This document shows, piece after piece, positions 51,315-60,227 of a stretch of DNA of 64,000 nucleotides (position 1 is the first letter of the stretch; each line of letters begins with the position of its first letter). The stretch is from contig JAXHMY010000001.1 of the NCBI GenBank assembly GCA_034520965.1, positions 320,001 to 384,000 on the forward strand, given 5' to 3'. This DNA is from Spirochaetia bacterium (GTDB taxonomy: Bacteria; Spirochaetota; Spirochaetia; DSM-16054; Sediminispirochaetaceae). A model generated the notes under the pieces. The model did no database searches and was not told the DNA's origin. It saw nothing but the letters and a program-made list of their open reading frames with translations. A program made the position numbers and the translations under genes.

Positions 51315-52124
51315 TCAAGGAATAGGGTCAGAGAACAGCCACTTTACCGCATCCTGAATGAGTGGAGTCATAACAACAATAGCAATATTATCTTTGCGCT
51401 TATCAATAGCCTTCTGCAGTTTATTTTCATTGTAGCGCCGGTGCAGCTCCTCTTTCTGTTGTTCTACCCTGCCGAGTACTTCGTCATCGAGAGTTTTGAA
51501 CGGATCGAGGGTGTACAAAACCAATACCTTCAGAACCGGATCTCGGACGGCATGAGAAAGGGCTAAGAGTTCCTCACGTCCTTCGGAGTGTTCATGCTGC
51601 ATTAATTCGCCGAAGGCGTACAGAAACCGTATCCACTGTTGATGCGGAACCTTTTCTGCTTTAAACTCATAAAAGAATTTAACCATGTCGGCATGGTTCT
51701 TGTGAAGTACTTTTGGCATTCCCAGTTCAAGGGCAAACTTCTTAACCAAGTTCGGACGTTTTGCACGAAGGGTCTGCTCCAGAGGCTCAATTTTGCTGAT
51801 ATTGCCCGTTACAAAGTATGAGTGAATAAGGGCACGCACATAGGATGTACGGGCATGGCCTTTTTGCATTATCTCATTTTCCAGGAAACGCACTAGATCG
51901 GGCCAGTTTTCAGCCTCAAGCAGAGTAAATAATCGCCAGTTCATGAAAAAATAGCTGTCTATTGCTATTATTATGACTAGGAAGATGAGCGGTAAGTACC
52001 AGGATGAGGCCCAGAAGCTGCGTGAATATTCGCCTCCCAGCATCATAAACGGCATAAAAATGACAACTGCAAAGGATAAAAGGATGAGAAGGTTGAAAAG
52101 TAAAAAAATTAACTTAAATTTCAC
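51315..52124 (-). CDS. Hypothetical membrane protein (2 N-terminal TM helices)
   Basis: GTG start after AGGAG; hydrophobic N-terminus; TTGACC-17-TACACT promoter at 52154-52182. Confidence 0.8.
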   Translation of the reverse strand: MKFKLIFLLFNLLILLSFAVVIFMPFMMLGGEYSRSFWASSWYLPLIFLVIIIAIDSYFFMNWRLFTLLEAENWPDLVRFLENEIMQKGHARTSYVRALIHSYFVTGNISKIEPLEQTLRAKRPNLVKKFALELGMPKVLHKNHADMVKFFYEFKAEKVPHQQWIRFLYAFGELMQHEHSEGREELLALSHAVRDPVLKVLVLYTLDPFKTLDDEVLGRVEQQKEELHRRYNENKLQKAIDKRKDNIAIVVMTPLIQDAVKWLFSDPIP

Positions 52125-52184
52125 GCTTTTTTCTCCTATAATATATATGAGAGAGTGTACTTTATACAATTTAAGGGGTCAACG

Positions 52185-52307
52185 CAGGAGTTCTAATTTT
52201 GGAAGTCTTTTGACTTCCAAAATTAGAATAACCACAAACCCTTTAAGATAAATTACTTATCCTAAAGAAAAGGTGAGCATTCTAAATTTGAAAATTTAGA
52301 ATCGCTG
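52185..52307. mobile_element. MITE-like element family A, copy 3 (123 bp, reverse orientation), 9-bp TSD GGGTCAACG
   Basis: Ends CAGGAGTTC...GAATCGCTG; GGGTCAACG at 52176-52184 and 52308-52316; reverse complement aligns end to end with copy 1. Confidence 0.88.
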
Positions 52308-52325
52308 GGGTCAACGGTCACTTAT

Positions 52326-53483
52326 ATGAAAAAGGTTTCGGTAAACCAACTACAGGTAAACACCTACATCGATGCTCCGGTCTATCTCGATTCAAAATAT
52401 ATTTTACTCTCTCCGGAAACTCCAATCACCGAAGAGCTCATTAAACGGCTGGAAAAGTGGCATTACGAGCAAGTACTCACCGACGGACTTCCCTCAGGTG
52501 CTCCCCCGACCTCTGGAGGAGGGAACGAGGGAGAATCTTTACTGGACCAGGATATAAAGGACCATGAGGCAGAGAAACAGGCAACCGACTTTTTTAACAA
52601 CATGGTTAAAAAGATCAATGAACTGTTCAATCACTTCCTTGAGAAAGGGCTTATCTATCATGATAGTGTCATTGAGATTGCCAAAGAGATCATGGAAGAG
52701 CTAAAACACAATAAGAGATTTTTGCTAAGTGTATATATTCCCGAACGAGAAAACGTCAACTATGTGGTGCCCCACGCAGTCAAGACAGCGGTATTTGCCC
52801 TGGCAGTGGCCGACTTTCTACGGCTTCCTCCACACAAGCAGATTGATCTTGGAACTGCGGCTTTGATGCATGAAATCGGAATGCTCCGCATTCCTCCAGA
52901 AGTCTACCAGCACGACCGCCGTCTCAGCGAACAAGAGCGAAAAACTATTATAGCCCATCCTGTCATCAGTTATAAAATCCTGAAAGAGGCCGGTTTTCCA
53001 CCGGCTGTGTGCGTTGCAGTGCTTGAGCATCATGAGTATGTTGATGGTACCGGATATCCACGCAAACTGAAGGGCGATGATATTTCTCTCTACGGAAAAA
53101 TAGTAGGCGTAGCATCTGCTTATTCGGCAGCAACCTCTAAACGACCCTTTCGTGACGGGCGTGATGGACATACTAGTATCATGGACCTTGCGAAAGAGAT
53201 GGGCAAACGGTACGATGAGCGTATTCTACGCGCTTTAGTCTACACGCTATCGGTGTATCCAATTGGTACCTATGTTCGCATGTCCAATGGGGCCACAGGG
53301 GTTATTGTAAAGACCGATCCAAAGGAGCCCAAACATCCGTTGGTTCGGCTGCTGATAAATGAGAACAAAACCCCCTTCCGCGATCGACCAATCGTTCAGC
53401 CGAAAGACAATGATGAAGTTGTCATCGAACGTCCACTTACTAAAAACGAAGTAAAAGAGTTGAAAGAATACATTCAGCAATAA
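52326..53483 (+). CDS. HD-GYP domain protein with degenerate active site
   Basis: HHE..DGTGYP present; HD appears as MHEIG; C-terminal YPIGTYV..SNG extension. Confidence 0.88.
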   Translation: MKKVSVNQLQVNTYIDAPVYLDSKYILLSPETPITEELIKRLEKWHYEQVLTDGLPSGAPPTSGGGNEGESLLDQDIKDHEAEKQATDFFNNMVKKINELFNHFLEKGLIYHDSVIEIAKEIMEELKHNKRFLLSVYIPERENVNYVVPHAVKTAVFALAVADFLRLPPHKQIDLGTAALMHEIGMLRIPPEVYQHDRRLSEQERKTIIAHPVISYKILKEAGFPPAVCVAVLEHHEYVDGTGYPRKLKGDDISLYGKIVGVASAYSAATSKRPFRDGRDGHTSIMDLAKEMGKRYDERILRALVYTLSVYPIGTYVRMSNGATGVIVKTDPKEPKHPLVRLLINENKTPFRDRPIVQPKDNDEVVIERPLTKNEVKELKEYIQQ

Positions 53484-53499
53484 CCTCATTACTACTGAA

Positions 53500-54732
53500 A
53501 TGAAAGCGATATACAATATGAAAACTACAACAATGAATCGTAAGATTGAACAGTTGCTCCTGTCGCTGCACACAGAAGCTGTTGGATCAAGCAACTATGC
53601 AGCTGCAGTCGATGAACTCAAAAATCTAATAACAAGCCCCTATCTTTATCGTGATGATACAAAGTTCAAACTCCCGGAGGGGATGGCGGAGGAGTCTATT
53701 ATCGTATCGGATGCTCTGGAATCGGTGACTAACGGTATGTATAATCCGGAGGTTCTCAACCGCCTACAGGAGATTACCGGAGACTCACCCTTCTATCCGT
53801 GGAAGAACGCCGTATTGTCGATACTCTCCTATTACCAATCCGACCGGGATAATATGCTGCAGCTGCTCGAACAGATACCCGCAGAAAGCCCGCCTGCAGT
53901 ACTCAAACCAATCCTTCTTCACCTGAGTCGGGTGGACACTGCTACTCCCCCCGCCTCCTGCGCCCATGATCTGATAGAGGCGGTACGCGAAGACCGGGCC
54001 TTTCTACAAAGCGCTGTTGAACAGCTCTCAGAGTACCTCGAAGACCAACTGGAAGAGGCTTTCAACGAAACGGCAATGCTTCTGGTGCAGGACCTACTTC
54101 CTTCTTATCCACAGGCCGCCCGGCGCCTGGCCTTATGGAGTATGCAGACGGCCGCTGAACAGGAGCATGACCTGAGTTTTATTCTCGGCCGTTTTAAAAT
54201 AATGTTTGGAGAAGTCGAGGGGCTGCGCCTTACCGCTATCGCCCTTCAATCCATTGAACCGGATATTAGCATACTGTTTTGGCTGCGTTATGCTATTGGA
54301 AACTTAGCCTCCGGACTTGTTACTCAGACAGAGTTAGCAGCGCTTCTATCTCTTATTGCCGATATCATTCAGAACTTTCAAAGAGACGACACCTACCTGC
54401 AGTTGTATGAAAATCGGGAGTACTCGAGAGGACTGACGTCTCTAGTAAAAAAACTATACGATGAGGTTCAAATTCACCTGCAGGAGGTGGACTCCCCCTT
54501 GGATACTTTATTTCAAGCACCTACTCCCCCGCAGGATGCGTACTCCTGGCTGAATCTTTTAGTCCAAATAAACTTAACCGCACCGGTTTCTCTCTCTACC
54601 CCACAAGCTCAGGATGTCTCCCGGGCTCAGGAAGAAACCGAAAGTTCTCCGCCAGCAATTGGTACGGAAACAGCACAGCTCAGCGACCCGGCCCAAGACC
54701 GGAGTGCACCGCGGCAACTCGAATTATTTTAA
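53500..54732 (+). CDS. Hypothetical helical protein (start uncertain)
   Basis: 410-aa ORF co-oriented with neighbours; ends in QLELF. Confidence 0.75.
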   Translation: MKAIYNMKTTTMNRKIEQLLLSLHTEAVGSSNYAAAVDELKNLITSPYLYRDDTKFKLPEGMAEESIIVSDALESVTNGMYNPEVLNRLQEITGDSPFYPWKNAVLSILSYYQSDRDNMLQLLEQIPAESPPAVLKPILLHLSRVDTATPPASCAHDLIEAVREDRAFLQSAVEQLSEYLEDQLEEAFNETAMLLVQDLLPSYPQAARRLALWSMQTAAEQEHDLSFILGRFKIMFGEVEGLRLTAIALQSIEPDISILFWLRYAIGNLASGLVTQTELAALLSLIADIIQNFQRDDTYLQLYENREYSRGLTSLVKKLYDEVQIHLQEVDSPLDTLFQAPTPPQDAYSWLNLLVQINLTAPVSLSTPQAQDVSRAQEETESSPPAIGTETAQLSDPAQDRSAPRQLELF

Positions 54733-54743
54733 GGAGAAACAGT

Positions 54744-54941
54744 ATGAGCATTGACACCGAGAGTATCCGCCGGAGGAAAGCAGAACTTCTGCAACCCCAA
54801 GCACTTGATAACCTTAAAGAGTTAGAAAAAATAGTCGAGCCAAAGCCCCACTATGTAGGTCCTGGTCCGTGGCTCAAAGCAATACAAGCGGCGGTAAAGG
54901 CGGCAGATCATACTAGGGGAGGACGCAATGTACACAGTTGA
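54744..54941 (+). CDS. Small hypothetical protein
   Basis: Strong SD AAGGAG; fills the gap and overlaps the next gene start. Confidence 0.6.
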   Translation: MSIDTESIRRRKAELLQPQALDNLKELEKIVEPKPHYVGPGPWLKAIQAAVKAADHTRGGRNVHS

Positions 54942-56589
54942 GGTAAGCCTGGAGTCAGGTGAACGCCGCGAGTACCCCTATGGTACCCGGGTAAGTACTA
55001 TTTTTGAGAAAGGTATGAGCAGCCGGGATGCAAACCCGATTGTTGCCGCTTTAGTGAATAACACCCTTACTTCTCTCTCCTACAAGGTAGAGATTAACAC
55101 TGAGGTCAAACCGGTTCGCCTTTACAGCCATTACGGCAATCGCATCTACCGCCGGTCCCTCAGCTTTCTGTTGGCGAAGGCCTCCCAAGAACTGTTTCCC
55201 GACCGACATCTTATTATCGGTCACAGCCTGGGTGATGGTTTTTATTACTATTTTGAAGATCTGTCTTCCGTCTCAGATGAAGATATCCAGCTGCTGGAAC
55301 AGAAGATGCATTCCCTCGTCCAGCAGGCCCTCCCGATAGAACGTCAGGTACTCTCATACAAGCAGACAGTCGAGTATGTAAGTAAATCAGGTTTAGATGC
55401 CACAGAAAAGCTGCTGAAGTATAAAAATGAACCCAAAATCCCGGTATATAACTGCGGCGGTTACATCGACCTCTCCTATGAGCCCTTAGTGGCAAGTACG
55501 GACCTCCTGTTTATTTTTGAGCTCCGTAATTACGCTCCCGGATTCTTACTTCGATTCCCGCAGTCTGTAAGCCCGGACAAAATTGCTGAGTTTCAAGATA
55601 ACCCGGTGCTCTTCTCAATATTCAAGGAGTATAAAGCCTGGGGGAAAATTCTGGATGTAAACTGCACCGGCCGTCTAAATGAGCTTATCGAAAACAGGGA
55701 GATTGCCCATTTTATTCAAGTGGCCGAAGGACTGCATGAAAAAAAGATTTCCCTGATAGCCGATCAAATTCATGAACAACGGGACAAAGTGAAGGTAGTA
55801 CTCATTGCCGGTCCTTCATCCTCCGGTAAAACCACATTTACCAGGCGCCTGGCAATTCAGCTGAGAGTTCTCGGATTCAATCCTGTAATCATCGGCCTGG
55901 ACGATTACTTTCTTCCGAAAGATCAAACTCCGCTTGATGAACAGGGCAAACCAAATTTCGAAGATCTGCATGCCCTGAATGTAAAACTGTTGAACGACCA
56001 CCTGCTTTCACTTTTTGACGGCCGGGAGGTTGAGATTCCAATTTTTGATTTTAAGTTGCAGAGACCGAAAGAGCAGGGAACAAAACTGCAGTTTAGCAAC
56101 CGGAGTATTCTGTTGATGGAGGGAATCCACGGACTCAATCCAAATCTGACTCCAAATATTCCTGAAGAGAGAAAATACAGGGTTTATATCTCAGCCCTTA
56201 CTCAGCTCAATCTGGATGACCACAACCGAATCTCGACCACCGATAACCGCCTCATTCGACGTATCGTCAGAGACCATCAGTTTCGTGGTAACCCGGCTCT
56301 CGGAACCCTGAACATGTGGGATTCCGTCAGGCGCGGCGAGAACAAGAATATTTTTCCCTATCAGAACGAGGCCGACTCCGCCTTTAACTCTGCTCTGGAT
56401 TACGAACTATCTGTACTAAAACCGTTCGTAGAACCACTGCTTAAGACCGTGAAACCCCATCACGAGATGTACAATGAGGCACGACGACTATTGTCATTCC
56501 TGGAAAACTTCAGCCCGATCCCACCGACACTGGTGCCACATCATTCAATCTTACGGGAGTTCGTCGGCGGCAGTATTTTTTACACCTAA
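54928..56589 (+). CDS. Nucleoside (uridine) kinase fused to ThrRS-like N-terminal domains
   Basis: YRRSLSFLL...HSLGDGFY N-terminus; AGPSSSGKTT, LDDYF, EGIHGLN, RRIVRD, FNSALDYEL. Confidence 0.9.
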   Translation: MYTVEVSLESGERREYPYGTRVSTIFEKGMSSRDANPIVAALVNNTLTSLSYKVEINTEVKPVRLYSHYGNRIYRRSLSFLLAKASQELFPDRHLIIGHSLGDGFYYYFEDLSSVSDEDIQLLEQKMHSLVQQALPIERQVLSYKQTVEYVSKSGLDATEKLLKYKNEPKIPVYNCGGYIDLSYEPLVASTDLLFIFELRNYAPGFLLRFPQSVSPDKIAEFQDNPVLFSIFKEYKAWGKILDVNCTGRLNELIENREIAHFIQVAEGLHEKKISLIADQIHEQRDKVKVVLIAGPSSSGKTTFTRRLAIQLRVLGFNPVIIGLDDYFLPKDQTPLDEQGKPNFEDLHALNVKLLNDHLLSLFDGREVEIPIFDFKLQRPKEQGTKLQFSNRSILLMEGIHGLNPNLTPNIPEERKYRVYISALTQLNLDDHNRISTTDNRLIRRIVRDHQFRGNPALGTLNMWDSVRRGENKNIFPYQNEADSAFNSALDYELSVLKPFVEPLLKTVKPHHEMYNEARRLLSFLENFSPIPPTLVPHHSILREFVGGSIFYT

Positions 56590-56594
56590 AACGG

Positions 56595-57347
56595 CTAAAT
56601 AGAAATGGCGCGGGAGTCGCTCATACGGGCTTTTATGTGTTCAAGGTCAATCCAGCTGCTCCAAGAACCCCTTTTGGTAGGAGCGCTCAACATTTCCGGC
56701 AGCATTTCTAAAAAATCATTTCTGTCTATCTCATAGGCTCCAAACTGGGTAAGATGCTCGGTGTATACCTGGCAATCAATTAATCCGAAATCCTTCTCTT
56801 CCAGCGCCTCAGTCAAAAGAACAAAGGCAGTCTTAGAGGCGTTACTGGTATGGGAGAACATAGATTCACCAAAAAAAACTCGGCCCAGGGAAACTCCGTA
56901 TAGACCGCCTACCAGCTCCCCCTCCTGCCACACCTCAACTGAATGGGCATAGCCTAAATTGTGGAGATAATTATAAGCCTGCTGCATTTCATTCACAATC
57001 CAGGTACCATCCTGTTCTTTTCGGGGTACCTGGGCACATTCGCGTATTACCTCCGGAAAAGCTTGATCTACAGTTATGGTGAAGGAGTTTTTCCGCAATT
57101 CCTTTCGGAGTGATCTTGGAATATGCAATTCCTTCGGAATAAGAATAAAGCGAGGGTCGGGGCTCCACCACAGAATGGGACTCTCATCATCATACCACGG
57201 AAAAATGCCCTGCCTATATGCAGACAACAGAATTCCCGGGGAGAGATTTCCATGCACAGCTACGATCCCAAGGGGCGAAACATCCTCAAACGAAAATATG
57301 AGATGCTGGTCCTCGTTTAGTCGGGGCACATCACGCAGATTCAGCAT
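56595..57347 (-). CDS. aat: Leucyl/phenylalanyl-tRNA-protein transferase
   Basis: AYRQGIFPW, WWSPDPR, AHSVEVW..GELVGGLYG, FFGESMFS..SNASK, IDCQ. Confidence 0.96.
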   Translation of the reverse strand: MLNLRDVPRLNEDQHLIFSFEDVSPLGIVAVHGNLSPGILLSAYRQGIFPWYDDESPILWWSPDPRFILIPKELHIPRSLRKELRKNSFTITVDQAFPEVIRECAQVPRKEQDGTWIVNEMQQAYNYLHNLGYAHSVEVWQEGELVGGLYGVSLGRVFFGESMFSHTSNASKTAFVLLTEALEEKDFGLIDCQVYTEHLTQFGAYEIDRNDFLEMLPEMLSAPTKRGSWSSWIDLEHIKARMSDSRAISI

Positions 57348-59748
57348 CGATATGTATCTCCCCTTCGCGAACATCCACCACTGCCTTGCCCCCGTTCTGT
57401 AATTTACCAAACAGGACTTCATCTACAAAGTAATCTTTTATCTTCTCCTGTATAAGCCGCGAGATATTTCGTGCGCCGAATTCCGCCGAATATCCGTTAT
57501 CAGCAAACCACTGTCGAGCAGCATCGGTTACCTCCAGCTGGACCTGCTTCTCTTCAAGCTGCCGGCTAAACTCACGCAGCTCCTTATCTACAATCTGCAG
57601 CACAACTTCATTCGGAAGTCGATTGAAGGTGACTACCTTATCCAAACGGTTGCGAAACTCCGGACTGAAGAGACGGTCTACGGCATCACGTATAGCCCCC
57701 TCGGAAACCCGCTTTTCCCCAAAACCTATCATCGGCTTGTCTAAATCCCGGGCCCCGGCATTACTGGTCATTATCAACACTATGTTGCGAAAATCGGCAT
57801 GGCGACCACTGTTGTCGGTGAGAGTAGCATAATCCATTATCTGCAGCAGTATATTGAAAATATCCTGATGGGCTTTCTCTACCTCGTCTAACAACAACAC
57901 CGCATGGGGCTGTTTGCGAATGGCATCCGTGAGCAGCCCTCCCTCTTCGTAACCGACATAGCCGGGAGGTGAACCTACAAGGCGGCTGACTGTGTGCTTT
58001 TCCTGATATTCACTCATATCAAAACGCAAAAGCTCTACTCCCAGAGTTTCGGCTAATTGGCGTGCAAGTTCCGTCTTTCCTACTCCAGTGGGTCCGACAA
58101 ACAGCAGATTGGCTACAGGGCGGTCGGCTTTTCCAAACCCGGCCCGTGAACGCTTTACCGCCTTGGCCACTGTATCCACGGCCAGGTCCTGCCCATACAC
58201 CTGTTTTTTCAGGTTTTCATCTAAGTACTGAAGCTGCTCCGTCTCATGAGTAGACACTCGTTTCTCGGGAATCCGAGCAATCTTGGACACAACCCGTTCA
58301 ATCAGATGCTCATCGATGACTATAGTCGGCTCCGCTTTGGCTTGCTCACTTGGAGGGGCTTGCTCGCTTGGAGGGGTCTGATCACTTGTATCGAGCTCCA
58401 CTTTCTCCAGGGGCGTGCCAAGCTGTCGCTGAAATGTAAGCATCTGAGTATACGCACCGGCCTCATCAAGCACATCAATTGCTTTATCGGGCAGGTAACG
58501 GTCATTTATATACTGATCGGATAAATCTACAATTGCCTCTAGGGCACTGTCCTCGTATTTTACCCCATGATACTCTTCGTAACGTCCACGTATTCCCTTC
58601 AGTATTTCCAGGGTTTCATCACGGCTGGTTTCCTGCACTTCGATCTTTTGAAATCGGCGCGAGAGGGCTCGGTCTTTATCAAAGAACTTCTTAAACTCAT
58701 CATAAGTAGTTGCACCAACGCAGCGGATACTCCCTGATGAAATAGCCGGCTTAAGCAAGTTAGAGGCGTCCATCGCCCCTCCACTGACTGCTCCAGCACC
58801 GACTATCGAATGTATCTCATCGATAAAGAGTATTACCTTCTGTTCGGTTTCCAGTTCTTTTAAGACCTGTTTCATTCGCTCTTCGAAATCACCGCGGTAT
58901 TTTGTACCTGCCAGCATCCCGCCCAAATCGAGGGAGTAGAGCTTATATCCCTTCAATGTTTTCGGCACACGATCTTCTGCAATCCGAGCTGCTAAACCCT
59001 CTGCAATCGCCGTCTTGCCGACTCCCGCCTCACCGACCAGCACTGGGTTGTTTTTTAAGCGTCGGCATAAGACCTGGATTGTGCGTTCGACCACACCCTC
59101 TCGGCCTATCAGAGTTTCCAGCTCGCCTTGCTCAGAAGCCTGAGTGAGTTCCCGGGTAAAACGCTGCAAAGCAGTTTTACGACGGCGTTTCTTCGTGTGT
59201 GCAGCCGAGTCCTGTCCTTCGGACAAATCCTCCGGCGCAAATCCATCTTCCATTTCGCTTTCATCGAGCTCATCGTCAGTGTCCTCAGAATACAACTCAT
59301 CTTCCGTATCAACCTCAGACTCAGCAAATATTCCTCCATGACTTATCATGCGCAGCAGCTTATAGCGGCTCACCCCCGCATTCTGCAGAAAATAAGAACC
59401 GAAGCTCTCCTCCTGATCAAACAGTGAAACCAGGAGGTCCCCTAAATCAACCACGTCCTTTGAGGAGTGTTCGGTATGAAAGATTGCCTGCTCAATGACC
59501 TCTTGTACTCCAATAGTTTGTATAGGCTCTGCGTTCTCAACCTTTGGAATATAGGTGCCTAGATAATCCTCTACATCCCTTTTTATGGTGCCGCTGTCGG
59601 CTCCACAGCCGTCTATCAACTGTTGGACAGTTTCAAAAAACAGGGCAGCATACAGGATGTGCTCCGGGGTAAGATATTCATTTCGCCGCTCTTTCGCCTC
59701 AAGGTATGCGGCGTTAATTACACCTTGTACATCATCCGATATTTTCAT
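57331..59748 (-). CDS. clpA: ATP-dependent Clp protease ATP-binding subunit ClpA
   Basis: Two AAA modules (GEAGVGKT, GPTGVGKT), single N-domain, no long M-domain, IGF loop (MIGF), located between clpS and aat. Confidence 0.96.
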   Translation of the reverse strand: MKISDDVQGVINAAYLEAKERRNEYLTPEHILYAALFFETVQQLIDGCGADSGTIKRDVEDYLGTYIPKVENAEPIQTIGVQEVIEQAIFHTEHSSKDVVDLGDLLVSLFDQEESFGSYFLQNAGVSRYKLLRMISHGGIFAESEVDTEDELYSEDTDDELDESEMEDGFAPEDLSEGQDSAAHTKKRRRKTALQRFTRELTQASEQGELETLIGREGVVERTIQVLCRRLKNNPVLVGEAGVGKTAIAEGLAARIAEDRVPKTLKGYKLYSLDLGGMLAGTKYRGDFEERMKQVLKELETEQKVILFIDEIHSIVGAGAVSGGAMDASNLLKPAISSGSIRCVGATTYDEFKKFFDKDRALSRRFQKIEVQETSRDETLEILKGIRGRYEEYHGVKYEDSALEAIVDLSDQYINDRYLPDKAIDVLDEAGAYTQMLTFQRQLGTPLEKVELDTSDQTPPSEQAPPSEQAKAEPTIVIDEHLIERVVSKIARIPEKRVSTHETEQLQYLDENLKKQVYGQDLAVDTVAKAVKRSRAGFGKADRPVANLLFVGPTGVGKTELARQLAETLGVELLRFDMSEYQEKHTVSRLVGSPPGYVGYEEGGLLTDAIRKQPHAVLLLDEVEKAHQDIFNILLQIMDYATLTDNSGRHADFRNIVLIMTSNAGARDLDKPMIGFGEKRVSEGAIRDAVDRLFSPEFRNRLDKVVTFNRLPNEVVLQIVDKELREFSRQLEEKQVQLEVTDAARQWFADNGYSAEFGARNISRLIQEKIKDYFVDEVLFGKLQNGGKAVVDVREGEIHIDAESA

Positions 59749-59756
59749 TCGGCCTA

Positions 59757-60074
59757 TTACTCCTTCTCAAGTACACATTCCAAGGGATATTCGTTTTCCT
59801 TGGCCAATTGCTTGACCTGAACCGTTTTTGTACGGGCAATATCATAGGGAAAACGTCCTACTACCCCGCGCCCTTTCTTATGAACATCCATCATAACCTT
59901 AGTTGCCTCAGCCGCCGGCTTATGAAAAACCTTTTGTATAACCCATACGACAAAGTCCATAGTAGTATAGTCATCATTAAGAAGTACTACCTTAAATAAA
60001 TCGGGCTCTCTGGTTTTATGTTCCTGTTTCTCCTTAATTTCCGTGCCAAGCCCTTTGCGCGTCTCCTCAGCCAT
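59757..60074 (-). CDS. clpS: Clp protease adaptor ClpS
   Basis: LLNDDYTTMDFVV, MMDVHKKG, YPL. Confidence 0.96.
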   Translation of the reverse strand: MAEETRKGLGTEIKEKQEHKTREPDLFKVVLLNDDYTTMDFVVWVIQKVFHKPAAEATKVMMDVHKKGRGVVGRFPYDIARTKTVQVKQLAKENEYPLECVLEKE

Positions 60075-60118
60075 TATTGTTCCCCTCAGTTAAATGGTTC
60101 AATTTGATGTATATTTAA

Positions 60119-60147
60119 AGAGTACTCATTCAGAATTCAAGCGTCAA
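60119..60147 (-). promoter_or_regulatory. Putative sigma70 promoter of clpS-clpA-aat
   Basis: TTGACG-17 nt-TACTCT on the minus strand. Confidence 0.55.
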
Positions 60148-60227
60148 CAAGTATAATGAACTGGATCCCAAATTGGCTGCCGGTTCCGCTACCGATTCTC
60201 TAAAAAGTTTTGTTTTTTTGTATCCGA

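Noticed and set aside
56595..60074. clpS-clpA-aat cluster as a new system
   Set aside because: This is the known N-degron pathway arrangement.
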